27,984 nucleotides of DNA, taken from assembly GCA_031409655.1 (NCBI GenBank), contig JANNXQ010000070.1, forward strand, positions 1-27,984, given 5' to 3'. Within the stretch, counting starts at the first letter, position 1, and each line of letters starts with the position of its first letter. The notes beneath the pieces are model-generated. The model was not told the DNA's origin. It did no database searches and saw only the letters and a list, made by a program, of their open reading frames with translations. Shown here piece after piece: positions 9,426-18,381 of the stretch. The position numbers were made by a program, and so were the translations under genes. This DNA comes from Chthoniobacteraceae bacterium. GTDB lineage: Bacteria > Verrucomicrobiota > Verrucomicrobiia > Chthoniobacterales > Chthoniobacteraceae.

Positions 9426-11153
9426 CTAAGGCCTGGCGAGCCACTCGCGCGCTTTGGCCAGCAAGGCCCGCTCCTGCGGAAAGAGGATCGAACTGGTCTC
9501 CGCTATGGCGAGATACTTGAGCGCCTCTTCGCGATTTTGCAATGAGGAGAGGAGGAGGGCGTAGCAAAAGGCAATCGACGGCGCCTCCAGATCTCGCGGC
9601 TGCAGCGTCTGCATGAGCTTCAATCCCTCGCTGGTCCTGCCGAGCAGATGCATCGCCAGAGCATAGGTGGAGACGAATACGGCATTCGTCGGAGCGCTGC
9701 TGTAAACGTCCTTCGCGAGGGCGTGCGCGCGTTCCCGGTCCACTTCCAGGATCAGCGAAAGATAGGCAACGTTGTTCTTCGCCGTGAGGTTCGCCTCGTC
9801 GATTTCGAGCATGCGATTGGCGACATTCAGGAGTTCGCGGGTATTGCCACCGAGTTGGTAGGTGCGGCTCAGGGACTGCAGCGCGGGCATTTGATCGCTG
9901 GGTCCGCGAGCGATTTCCCAGAGGATGCCATTCGCTTCGTCATTCCATTTCCAAGCCGTGGCGAGGCGCGCCAGAGTATTCACGTCATCCGGATGACCGC
10001 TCGCAGCCATGACCGCGGCTTTCCACTGGGCAGTGGAGCCCGGCATATCCCCCTCTTCGCGGAGGACGCGCGAAAGGAGCGCGAGACGCTGAAATTCGAG
10101 ACTGCCCCAGCCCGGGAATTTCACGTGCTTCTTGAGACCGCCCCAATCCTTAATCAGGAGTGAAGCTTCGGCGAGGGCCACCGGCAAAAGTTCTCGCGTC
10201 CGCTGTTCCTCCGTGAGCTGCTTACTCCACTCGAGTGTAATCTGCGGGTAGCCGATCTTGTTAAGATATGTCATCAATGCGGGAATCTCTTTTCGATCGA
10301 CCACTTCCACTTTCATTTGCGCCAAGAGCCACCAGAACTCGCGCCGGTTCAATTGCTTCAAAAGGCGCAGGTATTGCATGCGATCCTGGAAAAGAAATTC
10401 CTTTGGAGAATTCAGCTTTTCCGCAAATGCGAGCGCTCCATTCGCGTCACCGCGGAGCATCGCATCGCGGATGAGCACGTGGAGCGCAGGGCGGCTGACC
10501 TTGGCGCTCCCGGCCAGGCGCTCGATCTCGGCCCGCGCCCTGGTCCGTGCTTCATCCGAAGTCCCACCGAGCTCGAGTGCGGCCAGTTCGAGTTGCCGCA
10601 TCTCGCTCGTCGGATCCAGACGCAAGCTCTCGCGGACGCTGGCTTCGGCCTGCTTCCCCTGCCGCAGCGACGCCGCCAATTGCGCTGCAACTTCGTGATA
10701 ATTCGGACCTTTTTTCTGCACGTCGCTGGCTCCAGCGAGGGCTTGCTCCGCGGTCTGGATTTCGCCAAAGCGCAACGCGGCCTTCGCCCACGACAGTCGG
10801 TGCTCGAGGACGTGCGGCTGAAGATCGACCAATTTGCCCCGCCAAACGAGTTCCTGCTTCTGCCCCTGCTCTCTGGCTGCGTCAGCGAGGACGCGCGTCG
10901 CCTCGACATCCGCGGGATTCAGTTGCAGCGCCCAGGTCGCACTCATCGTTGCCTGGGTGTAGTCCTTCTTCGCGAGGAACTCTTGGGCACGCTTCACGTT
11001 CCGTCCTTGACGCCAGCTTTTGAAGGCACTCGTGCCGCCTAAATAGAGCAGCGCGAGGACGACGATCGCGGCGATGGCGATGAAGATTTTTCCCTTCGAG
11101 CGGCGACGACTTCCTCTTCTGCGACTGCTGGATCGGGAGGCTGGTTCTTCCAT
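9426..11153 (-). CDS. membrane-anchored TPR-repeat protein
   Basis: Arg-rich N-tail, one TM helix (IFIAIAAIVVLALLYLGG), then alpha-helical TPR-like repeats (ALQLNPADVEA, SLRLDP, AKNNVAYL). Confidence 0.75.
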   Translation of the reverse strand: MEEPASRSSSRRRGSRRRSKGKIFIAIAAIVVLALLYLGGTSAFKSWRQGRNVKRAQEFLAKKDYTQATMSATWALQLNPADVEATRVLADAAREQGQKQELVWRGKLVDLQPHVLEHRLSWAKAALRFGEIQTAEQALAGASDVQKKGPNYHEVAAQLAASLRQGKQAEASVRESLRLDPTSEMRQLELAALELGGTSDEARTRARAEIERLAGSAKVSRPALHVLIRDAMLRGDANGALAFAEKLNSPKEFLFQDRMQYLRLLKQLNRREFWWLLAQMKVEVVDRKEIPALMTYLNKIGYPQITLEWSKQLTEEQRTRELLPVALAEASLLIKDWGGLKKHVKFPGWGSLEFQRLALLSRVLREEGDMPGSTAQWKAAVMAASGHPDDVNTLARLATAWKWNDEANGILWEIARGPSDQMPALQSLSRTYQLGGNTRELLNVANRMLEIDEANLTAKNNVAYLSLILEVDRERAHALAKDVYSSAPTNAVFVSTYALAMHLLGRTSEGLKLMQTLQPRDLEAPSIAFCYALLLSSLQNREEALKYLAIAETSSILFPQERALLAKAREWLARP

Positions 11154-11374
11154 GCGGATAAGAGATGACTAGGGGATGGCTGCGGAGGAGCGGAAAAGTC
11201 GCACACCGAGGCAGAAGATGTCCATGCAAGAAAGCGCCCCGCTGGCGACGAATTGCTCGTCCCCGGTCGCACGGCGAAAGTCTTTTGCTCCCCGAATGAT
11301 CATCTCGGCGCGCGGATTCGCGCACTTGCTTTGGCTGGTCTCCGCCTCCACATTCGCCCTTCTTTTCCGCACGC

Positions 11375-12253
11375 ATGAAGGAACTCCTCATCTATCTCGA
11401 CGGCCGGATCGTCCCGCAAAGTCAGGCGAAGATTTCCGTCTTCGACCACGGCGTGCTTTATGGCGACGGCGTCTTCGAGGGCATTCGCTTTTACAATGGC
11501 CGGGTCTTCCGGCTCGAACAGCACATCCGCCGCCTCTACGACTGCTCAAAGGCGATCCTTTTGAAGGTGCCGCTCACGCCGGAAGAAATGATCGCGGCGA
11601 CCTGCGAGACGATCCGCGCAAACGGCTTGCGCGACGGCTACATCCGGCTGGTCATCACCCGCGGTGTCGGGCCGATGGGCCTCAGTCCCTACAAATGCCC
11701 CAAGCCGTCCGTCTTCATCATCGCGGACTCCATCACGCTCTACTCGGAAGACGCCTACAAAAACGGCCTCACCATGGCGACGGTCGCGACCCGCCGGCCT
11801 TCCCACGACATCCTCAGCCCGCAGGTGAAGTCGCTCAATTATCTGAACAACGTCATGGCGAAGGTGGAGGCGATCCAGGCGGGCGCCGAGGAAGGTCTCA
11901 TGCTGAACGATGTCGGGCTCGTCGCGGAATGCACGGGCGACAATCTTTTCATCGTCCGCGATGGCGTGGTCTCCACCCCGCCGCTCACGGCTGGGGCGCT
12001 CGATGGCATCACGCGTGGCACCGTCTTCGATATCGCCCAGGAACTCGGGATCCCGATCCGGGAGCGCGACCTTTCCCGGCACGACGTCTTCATCGCCGAC
12101 GAATGCTTCCTCACCGGCACCGCTGCGGAAGTAATCGCCGCGGTGAAGCTCGACCAGCGCGTGATCGGCGACGGCAAACCGGGGGCGATCACCCAGCGGA
12201 TCATCGCCCGCTTCCGCGAAATGACCCAGACCACCGGAACGCCTGTGTATTGA
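11375..12253 (+). CDS. ilvE: branched-chain amino acid aminotransferase (class IV)
   Basis: DHGVLYGDGVFEGIR, YIRLVITRG, VKSLNYLNN, ECTGDNLF, LDGITR, ECFLTGTAAEV. An upstream TTGCTT-N17-CACATT promoter is present. Confidence 0.95.
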   Translation: MKELLIYLDGRIVPQSQAKISVFDHGVLYGDGVFEGIRFYNGRVFRLEQHIRRLYDCSKAILLKVPLTPEEMIAATCETIRANGLRDGYIRLVITRGVGPMGLSPYKCPKPSVFIIADSITLYSEDAYKNGLTMATVATRRPSHDILSPQVKSLNYLNNVMAKVEAIQAGAEEGLMLNDVGLVAECTGDNLFIVRDGVVSTPPLTAGALDGITRGTVFDIAQELGIPIRERDLSRHDVFIADECFLTGTAAEVIAAVKLDQRVIGDGKPGAITQRIIARFREMTQTTGTPVY

Positions 12254-12261
12254 AGGAGGAG

Positions 12262-12330
12262 GGATGAAGGATGAAGAATCGCGATCGGTAACGTATTCTG
12301 GATTTCTTCTTCATCCTTCATCCTTCATCC
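12262..12330. repeat. inverted heptamer arrays (GGATGAA)x2 ... (TTCATCC)x3 forming a hairpin
   Basis: GGATGAA at 12262 and 12269; TTCATCC at 12310, 12317 and 12324. Confidence 0.8.
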
Positions 12331-12343
12331 TTTCTTCGCCGCC

Positions 12344-12829
12344 ATGATCTGCGATGTCTGCAAGCACAACCAAGCCACCGTCTTCCTGACGCAAATCGTC
12401 GATGGGAAGATGCAGAAGGTGAATCTTTGCGAGTCGTGCTCGAAGGAAAAGGGAGTGACCGACCCGACGGGATTCGCGCTGGCGGATTTGCTGCTCGGCC
12501 TCGGCGCGGCGCAGGCGATGGAAGGCGGGACATCGGCCCAGAAATGTACGGTCTGCGGGTTCAGCCAGCAGGATTTCAAGAAGACCGGTCGGCTCGGCTG
12601 CGCGAGTTGTTACGAGACTTTCGCGGACGGCCTTCAGGGACTGCTCAAAGGCATGCACAAGGGTACGTCGCATGTCGGAAAAGTGCCTTCGCGCTTGCGA
12701 CGGAATATCGAGCGTGAGCAGGAGATGAAGACGCTCCAGCGGGATCTGCGGAGAGCGGTGTCCGAGGAGAATTACGAAGGTGCGGCCAGGATCCGCGACC
12801 AGATCAAGCATCTCGAAGTCGAATCCTGA
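12344..12829 (+). CDS. mcsA: McsA protein-arginine kinase activator (UvrB/UvrC motif)
   Basis: Four CxxC motifs (CDVC, CESC, CTVC, CASC), GRLGC..CY..F, H.GK.P and a C-terminal UVR motif EENYEGAARIRDQIK. Confidence 0.93.
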   Translation: MICDVCKHNQATVFLTQIVDGKMQKVNLCESCSKEKGVTDPTGFALADLLLGLGAAQAMEGGTSAQKCTVCGFSQQDFKKTGRLGCASCYETFADGLQGLLKGMHKGTSHVGKVPSRLRRNIEREQEMKTLQRDLRRAVSEENYEGAARIRDQIKHLEVES

Positions 12830-12831
12830 CG

Positions 12832-13941
12832 ATGGCCATTCACAACATCCTCACGAACTCCGGCGAGTGGCTGCGCAGCGAAGGGCCGCATCATCAGATC
12901 GTCGTCTCCAGCCGCGTGCGGCTCGCGCGGAATATCCGCAATCACGCCTTCCCCGGCTGGGCCAAGAAGACCGAGCGGCTGCAGATCCTCGATACCGTGA
13001 AGACGGCCGTGGAAGCGCTGCCGGAGATGAACGAAGCGCACTCCGTCTATTCGCAGGATCTCACGGCGCTGGAGAAGCAGGTGCTCGTCGAGCGTCACCT
13101 CATTTCTCGCGAGCACGCCGCAAAAGGCGTCGGCAGCGCCGTGGTCATGAACCGCAAGCAGACGCTGTCGATCATGATCAATGAAGAGGATCATCTCCGG
13201 ATGCAGGCCATCCGCAGCGGCCTCCAGTTGAAGCTCGTCTTCAAGATGATCGACAAGGTGGACAGCGAACTGGAGCAGAAGCTGGAGTTCGCCTTTCACC
13301 CGCAGCTCGGCTATCTGACTGCCTGTCCGACGAATGTCGGCACTGGGATGCGCGCTTCGGCCATGGTCCATTTGCCCGCGCTCGTGATGAGCGAGCAGAT
13401 CAACCAAATCATCCAGGCCGTGAACAAAATCGGCCTCGCCGTGCGCGGGCTTTATGGCGAAGGCACCGAGGCCCTCGGGAATCTTTTCCAAGTCTCGAAC
13501 CAGACCACCCTCGGCGAGGAGGAGGACGAGATCATCGAACGGCTGAACAAAGTCATCCTGCAGATCATCGAGCATGAACAGAATGCCCGCACGACGCTGC
13601 TCCAGAAGAAATCGACGACCCTTTTCGACCACATCGGCCGCAGCTACGGCATCCTGCGGCACGCGCATTCCATGAGCAGCAAAGAGGCGCTGAATCTGGT
13701 GAGCCACATCAAGCTCGGCATCGACCTCCGCTTTTTCCCGGAAGACTGCCGGCATCCGATCGACGAACTTTTCACGGAGACCCAGCCCGCGCATTTGCAG
13801 AAAGGCACGCAGCAAAAACTCGCCGCCGACGAGCGCGACACGCTGCGGGCGGACATCATCCGCGCGAAGATCGCCACCTTCCCCGTGCCGGAAATCCCCA
13901 AGGCCGGGGAGAGCGGAAGCGGCGACGACGCCGCGCTCTAA
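12832..13941 (+). CDS. mcsB: McsB protein arginine kinase
   Basis: SSRVRLARN, LVERHLIS, MINEEDHLR, GYLTACPTNVGTGMRAS, RGLYGEGT, QVSNQTTLG. Confidence 0.95.
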   Translation: MAIHNILTNSGEWLRSEGPHHQIVVSSRVRLARNIRNHAFPGWAKKTERLQILDTVKTAVEALPEMNEAHSVYSQDLTALEKQVLVERHLISREHAAKGVGSAVVMNRKQTLSIMINEEDHLRMQAIRSGLQLKLVFKMIDKVDSELEQKLEFAFHPQLGYLTACPTNVGTGMRASAMVHLPALVMSEQINQIIQAVNKIGLAVRGLYGEGTEALGNLFQVSNQTTLGEEEDEIIERLNKVILQIIEHEQNARTTLLQKKSTTLFDHIGRSYGILRHAHSMSSKEALNLVSHIKLGIDLRFFPEDCRHPIDELFTETQPAHLQKGTQQKLAADERDTLRADIIRAKIATFPVPEIPKAGESGSGDDAAL

Positions 13942-14111
13942 AACCGCCTCGCTGGCGGCCTTTTCCGTCGGGAATGCCCGGCGGATATTTTCAGGGTTTT
14001 ACCCGATTGCGCCCCACTGCCGTTCGGTGCCAATCTATCACCCTGCTAGGGAGGAATCGCCACCTCTTGCAGCTGGGGGGCTAAGCGGAGGTGGCGGGAC
14101 CAAGGAAACAG

Positions 14112-14153
14112 CCCGGCGTTGCGATGCTAGCGCAACGCCGGGTCTTTTCTTTT
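14112..14153 (+). terminator. Rho-independent terminator
   Basis: 12-bp stem CCCGGCGTTGCG/CGCAACGCCGGG followed by TCTTTTCTTTT. Confidence 0.8.
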
Positions 14154-14170
14154 CAGGAAAGGACGGCGCC

Positions 14171-14974
14171 TCACCCGACCTGATCCGCGGTGCTCGCAAT
14201 GTAGGCTTCAAGTGCTTCCCGGGTGATCGTGTGCCGGGCCCCGCAGCGCGGGCACCCCATCCGCACCGAAGCATCTTCGCCGAAAAGCCCCTCCGGATCC
14301 GTGCGCATCACCGAGGCGAGCACGGCAAACATCCGATCCTGCGTGCAGCCGCACTCCCAGCGATAGACGCGGCGCTCCAGCAGGCTGAGTTGCTCCGTCG
14401 CATCGAGCACGCGAATCATCTCGTCATCGAGCCCCTCGAGCCACCGCAGGTCACACTGTGGCTGGGCGGAGACGAGCACAAAGTCCTCCGGGCCATGCTG
14501 GAAAAACCGGGCGAGCCGCTGCTCGCTCTGCAGATAGTAGTGCTCGACGGCGCGGAAGATTCCAGTGCCGTCAAAATCCACGACGCTCCGCCGCGGCTGC
14601 TCGCCCGCCTGGACCACATCGGCGAGGAAAATATTTTTTCCACTATCCTTCACTCCATCCGTGAAGAGCTGGCCGACCACCGTCCCGAGCCGACTATCGC
14701 CCGTGACAAACAAGTTTAGCAGCGGGTCCTGGAAGTGGATCGTCCACGCCGCCGACTCCGTCCGCGGCCGCGACGCGCAATGCAGCGTCAGCGCGGCCAG
14801 CGCCTCCTTCAACATCCCATCGTGCGCAGGCGCGTGCTGATAGCCGTGCTGCCCCTGATGGAGGTAGTAGTCCACATAGAGCTCGCCGAAATCCGCCCGC
14901 GCCAGGAGCGCATTGCGGCCCCGAACAAAGTAAGTGCAAATCTCGAGTCCGAAGGCCGAGGCGTCGTCGTTCAT
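14171..14974 (-). CDS. Hsp33 (HslO)-family redox-regulated chaperone
   Basis: YYLQSEQ and the C-terminal Zn-switch CGC...CPRCG. The start at 14974 is supported by TG-N-TACTTT-N6-ATG. Confidence 0.8.
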   Translation of the reverse strand: MNDDASAFGLEICTYFVRGRNALLARADFGELYVDYYLHQGQHGYQHAPAHDGMLKEALAALTLHCASRPRTESAAWTIHFQDPLLNLFVTGDSRLGTVVGQLFTDGVKDSGKNIFLADVVQAGEQPRRSVVDFDGTGIFRAVEHYYLQSEQRLARFFQHGPEDFVLVSAQPQCDLRWLEGLDDEMIRVLDATEQLSLLERRVYRWECGCTQDRMFAVLASVMRTDPEGLFGEDASVRMGCPRCGARHTITREALEAYIASTADQVG

Positions 14975-15035
14975 CGGCGAAAAGTAACACTGGATTGCAT
15001 CGCTGGACGGTACGCTCTCGGGCGCGCCGCTGGAT

Positions 15036-16085
15036 TCATCGCACGGAGAAGCGCTGCACGGTGCTCGTGCGATACGTCTGCCCCGGGCGCAGCACCGTGC
15101 TGGGAAAAGCCGGCTGATTCGGTGCATCCGGGAAATGCTGCGTCTCGAGGCAGAAGCCGGAGTGCTTGCGATATGCCGCACCTCCTTTGCCGACCACCGA
15201 GCCATCGAGGTAGTTGCCCGTGTAAAATTGAATCGCCGGCTCCGTTGTCGAGATCGTCATCACCCGACCGCTCGTCGGCTCGTAAACCTCCGCCGCCAGC
15301 GCCAGCGTCCCCGGCGGCCCCGGATCGAGCACGTAGCAGTGATCGTATCCGCCTGGCTCGCCCGTCATCGCGGCGAGGTCCTGCGCGATCCGTTTCGCCA
15401 CCGAAAAATCCATCGCTCCCCGCGCTGCCTCAATCGCTCCTGTGGGAATACTCGTCTCATCCACCGCCACAAAGTCCTTCGCCCTGAGCAGCACTTCATG
15501 CCCGAGGATGTCCCCCGCCCCCGCTCCCGCGAGATTCCAGTAGGCGTGGTTGGTCAGGTTCAAAATGGTCGCTTGATCGGTCGTCGCTTCGTAGTCGATG
15601 CGCAGTTCGTCATCCTCCGTGAGCGTATAGACCACCGCCACCCGCAGCGTCCCCGGGTAGCCTTCCTCCCCGTCCGGACTCACGTAAGTAAAGCGCACAG
15701 CCTGCGCGCTCAAGAGTTCCGCCGTCCAGTTCCGCTGATCGAACCCCTTCACCCCGCCGTGCAAATGATTCGGCCCATCGTTCGTCGCCAGCGAGTAGCC
15801 CTGGCCATCGAGCGTGAATTTTCCGCCCGCGATGCGATTCGCAAAACGTCCCGTCGTCACCCCGAAATACGGATGCCGCGTCAGGTATCCATCGAGCGCA
15901 TCAAAGCCCAGCGTGACGTCGGCAAGTGCCCCATTCCGATCCGGGACGTGCATCTCCACGAGCCCCGCACCCCAAGCCGTGAAGCGGGCGATCAACCCAT
16001 GGCGGTTCGTCAGCGAATGAAGTTCGATCGCCTCACCTGCGGGAGTGTGTCCGAAAATGTTTTTATGCACGCAAGCGGGAAGCAT
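15036..16085 (-). CDS. galM: aldose 1-epimerase (galactose mutarotase)
   Basis: GRFANRI, NHLHGG, GYPG, NLTNHAYWNL, GYDHCY, QFYTGN, FCLETQHFPD. The exact start is uncertain. Confidence 0.93.
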   Translation of the reverse strand: MLPACVHKNIFGHTPAGEAIELHSLTNRHGLIARFTAWGAGLVEMHVPDRNGALADVTLGFDALDGYLTRHPYFGVTTGRFANRIAGGKFTLDGQGYSLATNDGPNHLHGGVKGFDQRNWTAELLSAQAVRFTYVSPDGEEGYPGTLRVAVVYTLTEDDELRIDYEATTDQATILNLTNHAYWNLAGAGAGDILGHEVLLRAKDFVAVDETSIPTGAIEAARGAMDFSVAKRIAQDLAAMTGEPGGYDHCYVLDPGPPGTLALAAEVYEPTSGRVMTISTTEPAIQFYTGNYLDGSVVGKGGAAYRKHSGFCLETQHFPDAPNQPAFPSTVLRPGQTYRTSTVQRFSVR

Positions 16086-16235
16086 CGGACAATCCGGGGA
16101 TTTCTGGCGAGAAAAAGTACGCGGCGGGCGGCGCTGGAAATTTTAGTTTTCCCCGAGGGCCTGCTCAGTATGCTGCCAGCCCTTTTTCATCCTCAGGCTT
16201 GGCACCCTGCGGACTTCCCTCCTTCACCAAGACCG

Positions 16236-17360
16236 ATGAGCACCAAATCCATGAAAGGCGTAGGCGTCGTCCCCAGCGAGCGGGCACTCCGCTTGATCGA
16301 TCACCCCGAACCCGCGATCACCGCTCCGCACGAGCTGAAGATCCGCACCATCGAAGTCGGCATCTGCGGCACCGATCGCGAGATCTGCACGTTTGCCTAT
16401 GGCCAGCCGCCAGCGGCGAATGATTACCTGCTCCTCGGCCACGAGTGCCTCGGCGAAGTCGTCGAGGTGGGCTCCGCAGTGCAGAGTTTCAAAGTGGGCG
16501 ATCTCGTCGTCCCGAGCGTGCGCCGGCCCTGTGCCGACCCCACTTGCATCCCGTGCCGCGAAGGCCGCCAGGATTTTTGCCGCACCTGGACCTTCACCGA
16601 ACGCGGGATCAATCAGATCCACGGGTTCATGACCGAGATGTTCGTCGAGGAGGAGCAATTCCTCACCCCCGTCCCCGCCGATCTGCGAGATGTGGCCGTG
16701 ATGGCCGAGCCTCTCACCATCGCCGAGAAAGGGCTCACCCAAGCCTGGCAGGTGCAGAAACGCCTGAACTGGGAGCATGACAATCGCGACGGCAAAGGCC
16801 GTGGCTTCGGACGCGTGGCCGTCGTCCTCGGCGCCGGCCCCATCGGCCTGCTCGGTGCCATGAAGCTGCTCATCGAAGGCTTCCGAGTTTACGTTTATTC
16901 CCGCTCCCCGAAGCCGAACTTCAAAGCCGACATCGCCGACGCCATCGGCGCGACCTACATCTCCTCCGTCACCATGGGCGTGGACGATCTCGGCCAGCAG
17001 ATCGGCAATATCGACCTGATCTACGAGGCCGTCGGCGAAGGCCACATCTCCTTCGACCTCATGCGCGTCCTCGGCATCAATGGCATCTACATCTTCACCG
17101 GCATCCCCGCGATGAAAGCGCCGATCCCCGTCTTCGCCGACAACCTCATGCGCAACATCGTGCTGAAAAATCAGGCGATCGTCGGCACCGTGAACGCCAG
17201 CCCGCAGGCTTTTATCGATGCCATCCGCGATCTCGGTGAATTCAAGCGGCGCTGGCCGAAGCAACTCGCCGCGCTCATCACTGGTCGCCACACCATCGAC
17301 GGCTACCGCGAACTGCTCGTCGGCCACGCCCAAGGCATCAAGAACGTCATCGAGTTCTGA
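16236..17360 (+). CDS. Zn-dependent glucose 1-dehydrogenase (MDR family)
   Basis: GICGTDREI, LGHECLG, VRRPC...C..C..GRQDFC, ERGI..IHGFM, GAGPIG, GTVNA. Confidence 0.85.
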   Translation: MSTKSMKGVGVVPSERALRLIDHPEPAITAPHELKIRTIEVGICGTDREICTFAYGQPPAANDYLLLGHECLGEVVEVGSAVQSFKVGDLVVPSVRRPCADPTCIPCREGRQDFCRTWTFTERGINQIHGFMTEMFVEEEQFLTPVPADLRDVAVMAEPLTIAEKGLTQAWQVQKRLNWEHDNRDGKGRGFGRVAVVLGAGPIGLLGAMKLLIEGFRVYVYSRSPKPNFKADIADAIGATYISSVTMGVDDLGQQIGNIDLIYEAVGEGHISFDLMRVLGINGIYIFTGIPAMKAPIPVFADNLMRNIVLKNQAIVGTVNASPQAFIDAIRDLGEFKRRWPKQLAALITGRHTIDGYRELLVGHAQGIKNVIEF

Positions 17361-17415
17361 GCGCCACGCCCGCCGTTGCGTCTCCGCGGCCTTGGGCGAC
17401 GGTGCGGATCATCCC

Positions 17416-17727
17416 ATGAAATTTCTCATCGTCCTCGCCACCTTTGCCTTTGTGGCGTGGACGTTTCTCCAGCACTTCCGCCAGCGGCCCGCTTCCGGAC
17501 CCCAGGAGCGCTTTTTCAATATCCGCGCCTGGGCCTTCTCCGCCCTCGTCACGCTCCTCTGCGTGGTCGCCTTCCTCGTCCTGCCGGACAAAGGCCGGGT
17601 CCTCATGCTCGCCCCCGTCTTCATCATTGGCTTGGGAATCAGTCAATGGATGCGCAAGACCCGCATTCGTTTGCGGACCGAGGAAGCCGAGCGCACGAAC
17701 TTCGAACGCGCGAAGCGGATCAATTGA
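17416..17727 (+). CDS. small hypothetical membrane protein (about 3 TM segments)
   Basis: 103 aa with three hydrophobic stretches; GC3-rich codons; fills the intergenic space. Confidence 0.65.
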   Translation: MKFLIVLATFAFVAWTFLQHFRQRPASGPQERFFNIRAWAFSALVTLLCVVAFLVLPDKGRVLMLAPVFIIGLGISQWMRKTRIRLRTEEAERTNFERAKRIN

Positions 17728-17749
17728 CTCACACCACGCAAGCCGGGCT

Positions 17750-17778
17750 TTGAAATTCAGAGCACCGTGCCTTAATCT
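17750..17778 (+). promoter_or_regulatory. sigma70-like promoter of msrB, leaderless geometry
   Basis: TTGAAA(17750-17755)-N17-TAATCT(17773-17778)-N6-ATG(17785). Confidence 0.65.
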
Positions 17779-17784
17779 CCCGCT

Positions 17785-18360
17785 ATGCTTTTTTCCGCCG
17801 CCATCCGCCGCCAACTCCTCATCGCCACCGCCTCCTGCGCCCTGATCCTCGCCCCTGGCTGCGATGCCGTCTCCGAGGGCACGTCCACCACCATCACCGT
17901 TTCACCCACCACCCGACCCAAAGATATGAGCAACCTGAGCAAGGACGAACTGAAGAAGCAACTGACCCCGGAGCAGTATCACGTGACGTGCGAAAACGGC
18001 ACCGAGCGCCCCTTCAAAAACGAATACTGGGACAATCACGCCCCCGGCATCTACGTCGATGTCATCAGCGGCGAACCGCTCTTCGCCTCCATCCACAAAT
18101 TCGACTCCGGCACTGGCTGGCCGAGCTTTTGGCAGCCCCTGAAAAAGGAAACCGTCGTCGAAAAGTCCGACACCGAACACGGCATGGTCCGCACTGAGGT
18201 CCGATCCAAAAAAGCCGACGCGCACCTCGGCCACGTCTTCAATGACGGCCCGAAACCCACTGGCCTGCGTTACTGCATGAATTCGGCCAGCCTGCGCTTC
18301 ATCCCCGCAGCCAAGCTGAAGGACGAAGGCTACGGCGAATTCGCCGACCTGTTTAAGTAA
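17785..18360 (+). CDS. msrB: peptide-methionine (R)-S-oxide reductase with an N-terminal export/lipoprotein-like signal
   Basis: LTPEQYHVT...[47 protein letters not shown]-terminus reads [20 protein letters not shown]. Confidence 0.93.
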   Translation: MLFSAAIRRQLLIATASCALILAPGCDAVSEGTSTTITVSPTTRPKDMSNLSKDELKKQLTPEQYHVTCENGTERPFKNEYWDNHAPGIYVDVISGEPLFASIHKFDSGTGWPSFWQPLKKETVVEKSDTEHGMVRTEVRSKKADAHLGHVFNDGPKPTGLRYCMNSASLRFIPAAKLKDEGYGEFADLFK

Positions 18361-18381
18361 CTCCGCAGGATTGGCAGTAAG

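Noticed and set aside
14015..14034. TGGCAC-containing sigma-54 candidates here (- strand), at ~16200 and at ~19355
   Set aside because: The GG-to-GC spacing is not 10 nt, or the -12 GC is absent.
15135..16235. N-terminal ~367 aa of the 741-aa ORF, suggesting a fused dehydrogenase
   Set aside because: It is mostly antisense to galM; dehydrogenase motifs begin only after the ATG at 16236.
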